Assembly (NCBI GenBank): GCA_965221165.1
Contig: CBDCRP010000002.1
Coordinates: 544,001-608,000 of the forward strand
Reading direction: 5' to 3'
From: a bacterium
GTDB taxonomy: Bacteria > UBA8248
DNA: 64,000 nucleotides
The translations under genes were made by a program, and so were the position numbers. The stretch's first letter is position 1. Each line of letters starts with the position of its first letter. This document shows positions 9,919-19,362 of the stretch, piece after piece. The notes under the pieces are model-generated. The model worked only from the letters and a program-made list of their open reading frames with translations, made no database searches and was not told where the DNA came from.

Positions 9919-10805
9919 CCTATTCTCCCTCCATCCTCTGTGAGCGGCCGAACGATAACCCTGCCCGGAAATCTCAGATCGAACCGGAGGCCGCCCGCCC
10001 CGAATTTCTCATGGCGGAGAACGTTGCCCGCAACGGCCCGGAGCCGACCGGCTTGACTCTCCATCTTCTCTTCACTCACCATAATTTCTACCTTTCCCCC
10101 CAAAGCGCGAAGCCGGAGTTCACCCGATCCGGTATTGCGGACAGAAATGCAACTGCGGCGAATCACCGGAGAATCATGGAATAAAACGACCGCTTCCATG
10201 GAGCGCGCGAAACGCGTGTCCCGAACCGAGTCGCCCGGCCGTAAAGGTCTCGAAGAGATTTCCTCAATCATGGGCAAGCATCTCGCGAGCGGCGTTATCA
10301 GTTTGCCGAGCACAACACCATCCTCATCCACCGCGAGAGTCTCATCACCCGTGATCAATGCGGCGGGTTTGCGCTCGAGGATGTCGACCTGGAGGAAATG
10401 GGGCGGGCGCATGCGCACGCGCGCGCGCTTTATCCACGGATGAGAAGCCACCCTGGTGCGCACGGCCTCCAGGTTAGCGTTGAATATGTTCGACCCCGGC
10501 TCGAGCGCTACGAGTTTTATGATTCCCTCGGGGCGAAGCGCCTGGTGTCCCACCACTACCACCTTGCTCAATTCGAAATGCCGGCTGCTCTTCGCCCACC
10601 GGATCGCGTGCCCGCCCAGAAGGAGCACTTCCACTAAAACCAAAAAGCCAATCGCGGGCCATAGCCAATTCCCGCCTTGCCTTTCGTTGTCGTCTCGTTT
10701 GATCTTCTCTCTGATGGCGCCTGCATATTCCGTCGCCTGAGCAAGGTTCAGGATAACCTCCCGGTTCTTCGTTGCCCGTCTCCACTTGAACGATAGACGA
10801 CTCAT
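9915..10805 (-). CDS. ftsQ: Cell division protein FtsQ/DivIB
   Basis: Single TM helix, POTRA (HPWIK.A.V...PH.L.V.I.ER.P), C-terminal DLRF; position before ftsA. Confidence 0.88.
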   Translation of the reverse strand: MSRLSFKWRRATKNREVILNLAQATEYAGAIREKIKRDDNERQGGNWLWPAIGFLVLVEVLLLGGHAIRWAKSSRHFELSKVVVVGHQALRPEGIIKLVALEPGSNIFNANLEAVRTRVASHPWIKRARVRMRPPHFLQVDILERKPAALITGDETLAVDEDGVVLGKLITPLARCLPMIEEISSRPLRPGDSVRDTRFARSMEAVVLFHDSPVIRRSCISVRNTGSGELRLRALGGKVEIMVSEEKMESQAGRLRAVAGNVLRHEKFGAGGLRFDLRFPGRVIVRPLTEDGGRIG

Positions 10806-11755
10806 TCCGGGTCCTCCCCGATCACGTTCAATTCCAGGGTCAATTCGATGCCCTTTTGTTCTAAAATCACTTTCTTGACTTCGTCGATGAGCGCCAGAAC
10901 ATCCGCCGCCGTGGCCCCGCCGAGATTCACCATGAAATTTCCGTGCACTTCGCTCACCTGCGCGCCACCGACTCGCATCCCCTTGAGGCCCGCCGATTCG
11001 ATGAGCACACCTGCGCGCCCACCGACCGGATTCTTGAATACGGAGCCCGCGCAGGGCACCCCCCAGGGCTGACGCTCACGCCTTTGAACGGCGCTTCGCC
11101 TCAATTGGTCCCTCAATTCACCGGCGTCCGCCGGTCGGAGCAAGAAGCGAACGGACAACACTACACCGGGTTCGGGCAACTCGGAGCGCCGGTATGAGAA
11201 ACGCAGATTTTTCGCGGAGAGCCACTCGGGAGCACCATCACCGAGAGGCACCCAGCGAATGCTCTCCACGGCATCCTGGATATATGATTCCGCTGTGCCC
11301 GCATTCATGGCCAGCGCGCCTCCCACGGTGCCGGGAACCCCCGCCAGACATTCGGTTCCCGCCCAGCCACGCTCGGCGGCGAAGCGAACCAGCGTGGGAA
11401 TCTTCTCTCCCGCGCGCGCTTCGAGCAGGATGCGCTCTCTGCTCTCCTCGATCACCTCAATCCCCCTGAAATCTTTGGGAAAAGCGATGACCACCCCGCG
11501 AACGCCTCCATCGCGCACCAAGGTGTTGGCACCGCCTCCCAAAATCGTGACCGGAAATGCCTCGCTCCGGCATCTCTCAATCAACTCCACCAGTTCGTCT
11601 TCCGTCTCGGGCAGCGCGAGGGCGTCTGCAGCGCCACCCACCTGAAACGTGGTGTAAGCGGCCAGCATTTCATCGAAAATGATCTCGCAATCGAGACCTT
11701 TCAGCTTTTCCGCAATCTCAAGCGCCATTACTTCCTCCGCCAACCGAACGTTCAT
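10802..11755 (-). CDS. murB: UDP-N-acetylenolpyruvoylglucosamine reductase
   Basis: TTFQVGG, GGGAN, PGTVGGA..MNAG, FSYR, AGSVFKNP and HGNF motifs; start could be 11728. Confidence 0.95.
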   Translation of the reverse strand: MNVRLAEEVMALEIAEKLKGLDCEIIFDEMLAAYTTFQVGGAADALALPETEDELVELIERCRSEAFPVTILGGGANTLVRDGGVRGVVIAFPKDFRGIEVIEESRERILLEARAGEKIPTLVRFAAERGWAGTECLAGVPGTVGGALAMNAGTAESYIQDAVESIRWVPLGDGAPEWLSAKNLRFSYRRSELPEPGVVLSVRFLLRPADAGELRDQLRRSAVQRRERQPWGVPCAGSVFKNPVGGRAGVLIESAGLKGMRVGGAQVSEVHGNFMVNLGGATAADVLALIDEVKKVILEQKGIELTLELNVIGEDPE

Positions 11756-13152
11756 CCCACTTCCTCGGATTTTTCGTCTCCCCGCTCGAGTTGTCCGAGC
11801 AACTCGCGGCTCACCTTCCAGACGTCGCCCGCTCCCAGCGTGAGAACGATGTCCCCTGCCCTCACTTCTTCGAACAAGCGATGTGAGGCCTCCTCCAATC
11901 CGCCCACCGCATCACAGCTTCTGTGTCCATGCGCCCTGATTCCCTCGGCGAGCTTTACCGAATTTACGCCCTCGATGGGCGCCTCGCCGGCGGCGTATAT
12001 GGGTGCGACGAGCACCCTGTCCGCATCATAAAAAGCGGTGTGGAAGGCTTCTTCTAGATGATGCGTTCTCGTGTAGCGATGCGGCTGAAACAACACCACC
12101 AGGCGACTCTCCGGCCAGGCCTCCCGCACGGCCCGGAGCGTGACCCTGATTTCCTGCGGATGATGCCCATAGTCGTCAAAAATCGTGACCTCCGATGATG
12201 CGCCTACTCGCTCCAGTCGACGACCGATGCCGTCGAACTCGTGGAGTCCTCTTTGAATGTCCCCGAAGGAGACGTCGAGTTCCAACGAAACGGCGGTGGC
12301 GGCCAAGGCGTTGTCCGCGTTGTGGCGGCCGGGCATGAGGAGGCGAATCTCACCGAGCCGCTCCCCGTGTCTTTTGACGCAGAAAACCGTCTCGCCGTTT
12401 TCGTAGCGAAACTCCTCGCCCACGTAATCCGCCTGGGTGCCGAATCCATACGTGAAAAACTGCTTCTCCACCCGGGGGATGATCTCCTGAATCGCCGGAT
12501 GATCCAGGCACAAGACGGAAAAACCATAGAAGGGCACCTTATTCACAAACTCCAGGAATGCGGTTTTGATGGCGTCGTAATTATCGTAAAAATCCAGATG
12601 CTCCTCATCGATATTCGTCACAATCGCAATCGTGGGCGTAAGCCTGAGAAACGTGCCGTCACTCTCATCGGCTTCCGCCACCAGATATTCGCCCTCGCCC
12701 ATTCGCGCATTCGAGCCCAGAGCGTTGATGCGCCCCCCCACGACAACAGTGGGGTCGAGGCCGCCGGCCGCCAGGGCGGCCGCGATAAAGGAGGTGGTGG
12801 TCGTCTTGCCATGGGTTCCCGCCACGCCGATGCTGTATTTCATGCGCATGAGTTCGGACAACATCTCCGCGCGCTTGATGACGGGGATTTTCCGGCGCCT
12901 TGCTTCCGCGACCTCTACATTCTCGCCCGTGACCGCCGAGCTGTAGACCAAAACGTCCACTCCCGCCACGTTTTCCTTTTTGTGTCCCAGAACCACCTTG
13001 GCGCCCAGGCCGCGAAGCCTGAATATCGCCTCGTTACTCGCGATGTCCGAACCGCTGATTTCATAGCCCAGGTTCAGCAAGACCTCGGCGATGCCGCACA
13101 TGCCCGTGCCGCCGATGCCCACGAAATGAACGCGGCTCGAGTGCCTGAACAT
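11752..13152 (-). CDS. murC: UDP-N-acetylmuramate--L-alanine ligase
   Basis: HFVGIGGTGM, GTHGKTTTT, EADESD, DDYGHHP and FQPHRYTRT motifs. Confidence 0.97.
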   Translation of the reverse strand: MFRHSSRVHFVGIGGTGMCGIAEVLLNLGYEISGSDIASNEAIFRLRGLGAKVVLGHKKENVAGVDVLVYSSAVTGENVEVAEARRRKIPVIKRAEMLSELMRMKYSIGVAGTHGKTTTTSFIAAALAAGGLDPTVVVGGRINALGSNARMGEGEYLVAEADESDGTFLRLTPTIAIVTNIDEEHLDFYDNYDAIKTAFLEFVNKVPFYGFSVLCLDHPAIQEIIPRVEKQFFTYGFGTQADYVGEEFRYENGETVFCVKRHGERLGEIRLLMPGRHNADNALAATAVSLELDVSFGDIQRGLHEFDGIGRRLERVGASSEVTIFDDYGHHPQEIRVTLRAVREAWPESRLVVLFQPHRYTRTHHLEEAFHTAFYDADRVLVAPIYAAGEAPIEGVNSVKLAEGIRAHGHRSCDAVGGLEEASHRLFEEVRAGDIVLTLGAGDVWKVSRELLGQLERGDEKSEEVG

Positions 13153-13201
13153 GGCGTGCGTGGCGTATGGTCGCGCTATCACTCTCGGGCTCCTTTCCTC
13201 A

Positions 13202-14287
13202 TCACGCCGCCATCGCCTGTTGACGGCACAAAGCGGCCACCGCTTCGGAGGCATTCGTACGGGCCAGGGATTTCGTCCGCTCCGACATCGAGACGAGTTT
13301 CCCCCGCTCCGCTTCGTATTCAATCCAGATATCCGCAAGAACCTGGCCGCTCAAGTCTTTTTGAAGAATCATGCGCGCCGCTTGGCGCTCCGCGAGATAG
13401 CGGGCATTCGCCTCCTGGTGCCCGTGGGTGGCGCTTGGTAGTGGAATCAACACGACCGGTAGGGACATGGCGGACAACTCCGCCACGCTCACGGCCCCCG
13501 CTCGCGAGAAGCACACCTGCGCCCAGCGATAGCGCTCCGCCATGTCGTGCAGATAAGGCGCCACGTCAGCGCACGCGCCGACCTCTTGGTAGGCCGCGCG
13601 CACACGAGAGAAATCCGCCTCGCCCGTCTGATGAACAAACCGTATTCTCTCCAGGGCATCGCCCAATCGGGGCAGCGCCTCCATCACCGCCTCGTTGATG
13701 GCTCGCGCTCCCTGGCTTCCTCCGAATATGAGAACCTTCAAAGGCCCGCCCCAGGAATCCTCGCTGCGCTCGAAATTTTCCGAAAACTCACTCCTGAGCG
13801 GCAGACCTGTTTCGACTATTTTCCCCCGAGCGAAGCCGGCGTCCCGCACGGGCAGTCCCACGGTGACCTTCGACGCCAGGCGGGACAAGAAGCGGTTGGC
13901 CACGCCAGGAACGACATTCTGCTCGATCAAGACGATCGGCTTTCTCCAAAAGCCGGCAGCGGCGACCGCCGGAACGCTGGAATAGCCGCCTACCCCCAGG
14001 ACGACATGGGGCCGAAACCGCCTCAAGATTCCCATCGCCTGGCAGAATCCATAACTCACCATGACCATCGCCTTGGCCCTTTGGCCCACCGAGCGTCCCA
14101 GAACGCCTGCGGAGGAAATCGGCTGAAACGGCAGGTTCTCACGCGGCAGCACCCTGGCCTCGATCCCGCGGGCGGTGCCCACGAACAAAACTTCGTTCGC
14201 CTCTCCGCCAGCCAGCCAAGCCCTGGCCACCGCAATACCCGGGTACAGGTGTCCGCCCGTACCGCCGCCCGCAACGAGGAGTTTCAT
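13202..14287 (-). CDS. murG: Lipid II GlcNAc transferase
   Basis: GGGTGGH, GGY, EQN, GGSQGA and HQEANA motifs. Confidence 0.97.
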   Translation of the reverse strand: MKLLVAGGGTGGHLYPGIAVARAWLAGGEANEVLFVGTARGIEARVLPRENLPFQPISSAGVLGRSVGQRAKAMVMVSYGFCQAMGILRRFRPHVVLGVGGYSSVPAVAAAGFWRKPIVLIEQNVVPGVANRFLSRLASKVTVGLPVRDAGFARGKIVETGLPLRSEFSENFERSEDSWGGPLKVLIFGGSQGARAINEAVMEALPRLGDALERIRFVHQTGEADFSRVRAAYQEVGACADVAPYLHDMAERYRWAQVCFSRAGAVSVAELSAMSLPVVLIPLPSATHGHQEANARYLAERQAARMILQKDLSGQVLADIWIEYEAERGKLVSMSERTKSLARTNASEAVAALCRQQAMAA

Positions 14288-15471
14288 GAGCGCGCCCTCC
14301 TGCGGAGGACTGGCTTGCGCGCGCGCGAAATCCACCCGACTGCCGCGTCGAGCGGACTCCTCCCCCCCGATTCTCTGGGGGCTTGGTTCGATGATTCTAT
14401 GGAAATCAGCACTCCCAGGGAGATGAGCGTAAACACCATAGACGATCCGCCCAGGCTGATCAGCGGCAGGGGTATGCCCGTGGTGGGCAGAAGGCCCGTC
14501 GCCACCGCCATGTTCAGGAAACCCTGCGCGGTGACCAGAAAAGTCACGCCCGCCGCCAGCAGGGCGCTGAAGGAATCATCGCACCGGATGGATATCTGAA
14601 AACCGCGCCACAACAAGACAACGAACGCCGCCGCGACGCACAAAGCGCCGATGAGCCCCAACTCCTCGCCCACGACCGCGTAGATGAAATCCGTATGAGG
14701 TTCCGGCAAATAGAAGAGTTTTTGCTTGCCCTCGCCCAGACCCAGACCCGCCAGGCCGCCTCGCGCGATGGCCAGCAAAGACTGAATGAGCTGATAGCCC
14801 GCGCCTTTCGCCGCAGCGAAGGGATCCCAAAAGGCAAAAATCCGCTTCATACGCCACGGCGCGAAGACCACCATACCGAGCAGGACGAATCCCGTCGCCA
14901 GCGTGCAAACACCCAGGTGAGACGGCCTCGCGCCCGATAAGTATAAGAGAACGCCGACGACAGCGGCGGTCAGGGTAGCCGTACCCAAATCCGGTTGAAT
15001 CAGAATGAGGCCCAGGATGATTCCCGCGAATCCGACCGGCGGGAGAAATCCGTACATCCAATGATTCAAGCGCTCGCCCTTGAGTGCTAGAAAGTGGGCG
15101 AGAAAAATCACCAACCCCACCTTCGCGGCTTCGGCCGGCTGAAAAGATACGGGCCCCAACATCAGCCACCGGCGCGCACCGCCCGCTTCTTTTCCGATAC
15201 CCGGTGCAAACACCATCAAAAGCACGAGGACCGAGGCGATCATCAAGGGAAATGCGATTTTGCGGAGATGGCGGGGATTGCTTTGGGAGATCGCCAACAT
15301 GCAAACAAACCCGACAATCGCCCATAAAACATGGCGTTTCACGAAATAGAACGCATCGCCGTATCTGTCGAGTGCCAGAATATGGCTCGCGCTGAACACC
15401 ATGACGACGCCGAAAGCCACCAAGCCCAGCGATACGAAAAAGATGACGGGGTCAATCCGTTTCTGGATCAA
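14284..15471 (-). CDS. ftsW: SEDS peptidoglycan polymerase FtsW
   Basis: GARRW, FQPAE..K, QPDLG, LPEPHTDFI and P.IS.GGSS motifs. Confidence 0.96.
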   Translation of the reverse strand: MIQKRIDPVIFFVSLGLVAFGVVMVFSASHILALDRYGDAFYFVKRHVLWAIVGFVCMLAISQSNPRHLRKIAFPLMIASVLVLLMVFAPGIGKEAGGARRWLMLGPVSFQPAEAAKVGLVIFLAHFLALKGERLNHWMYGFLPPVGFAGIILGLILIQPDLGTATLTAAVVGVLLYLSGARPSHLGVCTLATGFVLLGMVVFAPWRMKRIFAFWDPFAAAKGAGYQLIQSLLAIARGGLAGLGLGEGKQKLFYLPEPHTDFIYAVVGEELGLIGALCVAAAFVVLLWRGFQISIRCDDSFSALLAAGVTFLVTAQGFLNMAVATGLLPTTGIPLPLISLGGSSMVFTLISLGVLISIESSNQAPRESGGRSPLDAAVGWISRARKPVLRRRARS

Positions 15472-16865
15472 TTCTCACCCCTCCCCATCAATTCCTGAAC
15501 CATTTGACGAAACACGTCGCCTCGTTGGGCATAGTCGCGAAACTGATCGAAACTCGAACAAGCAGGCGAGAGAAGAACCGTATCGCCCCCTTTCGCCTCC
15601 TCGTGGGAGATGCGCACGGCTTCGTCCAGCGTTTTCGCGTAGACGATCGGCGCGCAGCCATCGAAAAAACGGCCAAAGCGTCCCGCCGCCTCGCCGATGA
15701 GAATCATTCGCCGGACTTTCTTCTCCACCATGGCGCTCAAGGGTGTCAGGTCACTTCCCTTATCCACACCCCCGGCGATGAGCAGTACGCTCCCCGCCAG
15801 ACTCTTCAGACTCATCGTCGTAGCTCCCACGTTGGTTCCCTTGGAATCGTTCACCCAGCGAACGCCGTTCATCTCGCCCACGACCTCCATGCGGTGGGGC
15901 AATCCCTCGAAGCTGCGCGCCACACGCGCCATCGCACCCACGTCTACGCCCAGAAAACGGGCAGCCGCGCACGCCGCCAAAAAATTCTCCAGGTTATGAA
16001 GCCCGCGAACCCGCAGGTCGCCCGCGCCGCAAACGTAGGCCGAGCCAGCCTCCTCGGCCAGAAATACGTCGCCGTTCTCGACATAAGCGCCCCGGTGTAC
16101 GGGTCCTTTTCGGCTAAACGCCATGACGCTTTGCGCGCCAGGGGTCATATATCGAGCCGTCAAGGGATCGTCGGCATTCAGAATTTTGACGTCCCCCTCA
16201 CCCTGGTTGGCGAACAACCTCGATTTAATATCCGCATATTCATGAATATCCGGGTGCCGATCCAGATGATCGGGCGTTACGTTGGTCATCACCCCTACTT
16301 TCGGCTTGATCGTGGGCGCCCATTCGAGTTGAAAACTGCTCACCTCACCGACGACGAAGTCAGCTCCATCCCCTTCGGCTTCCACCACCTCGACGAGCGC
16401 CCTTCCGATGTTTCCGCCCACCGGTGCGCGAAAACCACTTTCCTCCAAAATTCTCCCCAGCATGATGGTGACCGTCGTCTTGCCATTGGTTCCGGTGACT
16501 GCGGCGATGGGTACGGGGCACAGGCGACAGGCGAGTTCTACCTCGCCGATGACCTCCGAGCCGGACGCCTTCGCCAGGGCGATATAGCGATTCGTCGCCG
16601 GAATACCCGGGCTCACGACCAGCAAATCACACTCCTCGAAACACGCCTCGCTATGGCCGCCGAGTTCGAGAACCACGTCTGAGGGCAAACGCTCGGCCAA
16701 GCCCGGAATATCTTCCAGGTCCGTGGCCACCACCTTTGCGCCCAGCCGCGCCAAGACCCCCGCCGCGGCAATCCCGCTCCTCGCCATTCCCATGACGAGC
16801 GCTCGCCGCGCGGGCAGGGCTTCTATCCACGCTGTGGCCTTGTTCTCCAAAGCAATATTCCTCAT
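15468..16865 (-). CDS. murD: UDP-MurNAc-L-Ala--D-Glu ligase
   Basis: VVSPGIP, GTNGKTT, EVSSFQL, DHLDRH, NDSKGTN and LSPACSSFDQF motifs; ATG overlaps the mraY stop. Confidence 0.96.
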   Translation of the reverse strand: MRNIALENKATAWIEALPARRALVMGMARSGIAAAGVLARLGAKVVATDLEDIPGLAERLPSDVVLELGGHSEACFEECDLLVVSPGIPATNRYIALAKASGSEVIGEVELACRLCPVPIAAVTGTNGKTTVTIMLGRILEESGFRAPVGGNIGRALVEVVEAEGDGADFVVGEVSSFQLEWAPTIKPKVGVMTNVTPDHLDRHPDIHEYADIKSRLFANQGEGDVKILNADDPLTARYMTPGAQSVMAFSRKGPVHRGAYVENGDVFLAEEAGSAYVCGAGDLRVRGLHNLENFLAACAAARFLGVDVGAMARVARSFEGLPHRMEVVGEMNGVRWVNDSKGTNVGATTMSLKSLAGSVLLIAGGVDKGSDLTPLSAMVEKKVRRMILIGEAAGRFGRFFDGCAPIVYAKTLDEAVRISHEEAKGGDTVLLSPACSSFDQFRDYAQRGDVFRQMVQELMGRGEN

Positions 16866-17947
16866 CTCAGTTTCAACGTCGCCAAACTCATGAGAGCCAA
16901 CACGACCGCCACTATCCAGAAGCGGACCGTCACCTTGGGTTCGGACCAACCCTCCTCCTCGTAGTGATGGTGCAGCGGCGCCATGCGGAACACACGCTGG
17001 CCGGTGAGCTTGAAGGAAACCACCTGCACGATGACCGAAAGCGTCTCGACGACGAACAAGCCGCCCACCAAAAACAAAAGAATCTCCTGCTTGATCGCCA
17101 GCGCCACCGTGGCCAGCAATGCGCCCAGCGAAAGCGCGCCCACGTCGCCCATGAACACCTGTGCCGGGTATGCGTTGAACCATAAGAACCCAAGCCCCGC
17201 GCCGAACATGGCGCCGCAAAGAATGGCCAGTTCCGCCGCGCCCCGAACGTGGAGGATGAGCAAATATTTGGAGATGGCCGCATGTCCCGAGACGTAGCTG
17301 AAAACGAGATACGCCCCCGCCGCGATCATCAGGGGGCCGATGGCGAGGCCATCCAGACCGTCCGTGAGATTCACGGCGTTGCTCGTCGACACGATGACGA
17401 GGGCGGCGTAGGGCACGAACCAAACACCGATGTCGGGTTGCAAGTTCTTGAAAAAGGGCACCATGACGACGGTCCTGAAATCTGCGCCTACGAAACCGCT
17501 ATACAGGGCGTAACCCACGATGAGACCGATGACCCCTTGGATCAGGAATTTCATGGAAGGTCTTACGCCGTTTTTATCTTTCAGGATCACTTTTGTGTAA
17601 TCATCCCAAAAGCCCAGAATACCAAAGGCGAGCAGAACGAACAGGGAAAGCCAGATGTAGCCGTTCGCGAGGTCGTTCCACAGCAGAACCGGAACGGCCA
17701 CGCACAAGAGGATGAGAAGCCCTCCCATCGTCGGTGTTCCTTTTTTCGCCATGTGGGTCTGGGGGCCATCGTCTCGGATGACTTCGCCGATTTGACGCTC
17801 CTGCAGGTACCGAATGAGTCGAGGCCCCAACAACAACGACATGACGAGGGCGGAGAGCACCGCCATCGCCGTTCTGAACGTGATGAAGCGAAACACGTTG
17901 AGCGCCGAGATCGTCTGACTCAATGAGATGAAAGCGGAATAGAGCAT
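16862..17947 (-). CDS. mraY: Phospho-N-acetylmuramoyl-pentapeptide transferase
   Basis: KKGTPTMGG, DDY.K, NAVNLTDGLDGL, FMGDVG and MAPLHHHYE motifs. Confidence 0.98.
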   Translation of the reverse strand: MLYSAFISLSQTISALNVFRFITFRTAMAVLSALVMSLLLGPRLIRYLQERQIGEVIRDDGPQTHMAKKGTPTMGGLLILLCVAVPVLLWNDLANGYIWLSLFVLLAFGILGFWDDYTKVILKDKNGVRPSMKFLIQGVIGLIVGYALYSGFVGADFRTVVMVPFFKNLQPDIGVWFVPYAALVIVSTSNAVNLTDGLDGLAIGPLMIAAGAYLVFSYVSGHAAISKYLLILHVRGAAELAILCGAMFGAGLGFLWFNAYPAQVFMGDVGALSLGALLATVALAIKQEILLFLVGGLFVVETLSVIVQVVSFKLTGQRVFRMAPLHHHYEEEGWSEPKVTVRFWIVAVVLALMSLATLKLR

Positions 17948-19362
17948 CAGATTTCGAGTCCTTCAATAACGCGCTCCATCATCATCGAGCGCGACCCCTT
18001 CACCAAAACCCAATCGCCGGGGAGGAGCACGCCGGCCAGCGAGGAAGCGGCCTGCTCCGGCGTGTCGAAATTCATGATCCGGGCGCCGTCCATGCCCTCC
18101 CGGCGCGCTTCATCGGAGGCGAGCCTCATCAGCGGCCCCACGCCCACGAACAGGTCTACGCCGCAAGCAGTTGTATTTCGCCCCACTTCGCGGTGCGCGC
18201 TCTCGGCGGCCGGCCCCAGTTCCGCCATGTCGCCGAGAACCGATATGAGCCGCCCATCGCCCCTGAGGGCGCCTGCTGTTTCCAGCGCCTGGGAAACGGA
18301 CTCAGGATTCGCGTTGTAGGAATCATCCAGAAGATGCACGCCCGCGCGTCCTGGTATCTCGCGCGCCTGCAAGCGCATTTCGGGGAGAACGGCCCGGGAA
18401 AGTCCGGCAGCTATCTCATCCAGGGCGACACCCAGTGCAGACGCGCAAGCCGCGGCGGCCAGCGCGTTCAAGACGTTATGCCGCCCGAGCGCCTTGATTC
18501 GAACCTCGCTCTCACCGTCGGGGCAGCGGAGCGTAAAGCGAGTTCCATCGGCTGAGATATGAATTCCATCCGCCCAAAATTCGTTTTGCGGCGAAAAGCC
18601 AAAACGAATCACACGTCCGCCCATCGCCTCATATCTCTCGGCCAAAACGCGACTGTGCGCATCCTCATTCGAGAGCACGGCCACTCCGCCAGGAGGCATC
18701 GCCTCGAGTATCTCGCCTTTCGCGTTGCGCACCGCCTCCACGCTGCCCAACCCCTCGATGTGGGCAGGCCCGACGTTCGTGATGACGGCGACCTGGGGCC
18801 GGGCGATTTCGGCGAGCCTCCTGATTTCACCGGCCTCGCTCATCCCCATCTCGAAAACGGCGCTCGCATGCTCTTCGCCCAAACAAAGAACCTGGTGCGG
18901 CAAACCCACCAGATTGTTCAGGTTACCCCTGCTCTTGCACGTGTCTCCTATCGTGGAGAGAAGCGCCGCTATCATTTCCTTCGCCGTCGTCTTCCCGTTG
19001 CTGCCCGTCACCCCCACCACGGGTATATCGAAGCGGCTCCGGTGCGCGCGCGCCAGATCACCCAACGCCCCCAGCGTGTCCGCAACCTCGACGACGAAAA
19101 CCACATCCCCATCGAGTGCGTCTGTGCCCTGCTCAACGACGAGGCCCGCCGCTTTTTTCTCCATCGCCTCGGCCAGGAACTGCGCCCCGTCGAAGTTCTC
19201 GCCCTTGAGCGCGATGAACAACTCGCCCGCTCTCAGCGTGCGCGTATCCGTGCTCGCACCTGCGGCATGGGCCGAGCCGTCTCCGCGGATGAGCCTCCCA
19301 TTAACGGCCTTCGCGATTTCATTTGCGCTGAAAACAGCCGCCATCGATTCCGCCCCTATCAT
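17947..19362 (-). CDS. murF: UDP-MurNAc-tripeptide--D-Ala-D-Ala ligase
   Basis: DTR, GENFDG, TGSNGKTT, DDSYNANP, GDMAELG and VKGSR motifs. Confidence 0.96.
   Translation of the reverse strand: MIGAESMAAVFSANEIAKAVNGRLIRGDGSAHAAGASTDTRTLRAGELFIALKGENFDGAQFLAEAMEKKAAGLVVEQGTDALDGDVVFVVEVADTLGALGDLARAHRSRFDIPVVGVTGSNGKTTAKEMIAALLSTIGDTCKSRGNLNNLVGLPHQVLCLGEEHASAVFEMGMSEAGEIRRLAEIARPQVAVITNVGPAHIEGLGSVEAVRNAKGEILEAMPPGGVAVLSNEDAHSRVLAERYEAMGGRVIRFGFSPQNEFWADGIHISADGTRFTLRCPDGESEVRIKALGRHNVLNALAAAACASALGVALDEIAAGLSRAVLPEMRLQAREIPGRAGVHLLDDSYNANPESVSQALETAGALRGDGRLISVLGDMAELGPAAESAHREVGRNTTACGVDLFVGVGPLMRLASDEARREGMDGARIMNFDTPEQAASSLAGVLLPGDWVLVKGSRSMMMERVIEGLEI

Noticed and set aside
15468-17423. 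651-aa ORF suggesting an N-terminally extended MurD; similar extensions of murC, folC, rnhA and the PHP gene
   Set aside because: The extensions overlap upstream genes or a tRNA in another frame; canonical starts lie next to the upstream stop.
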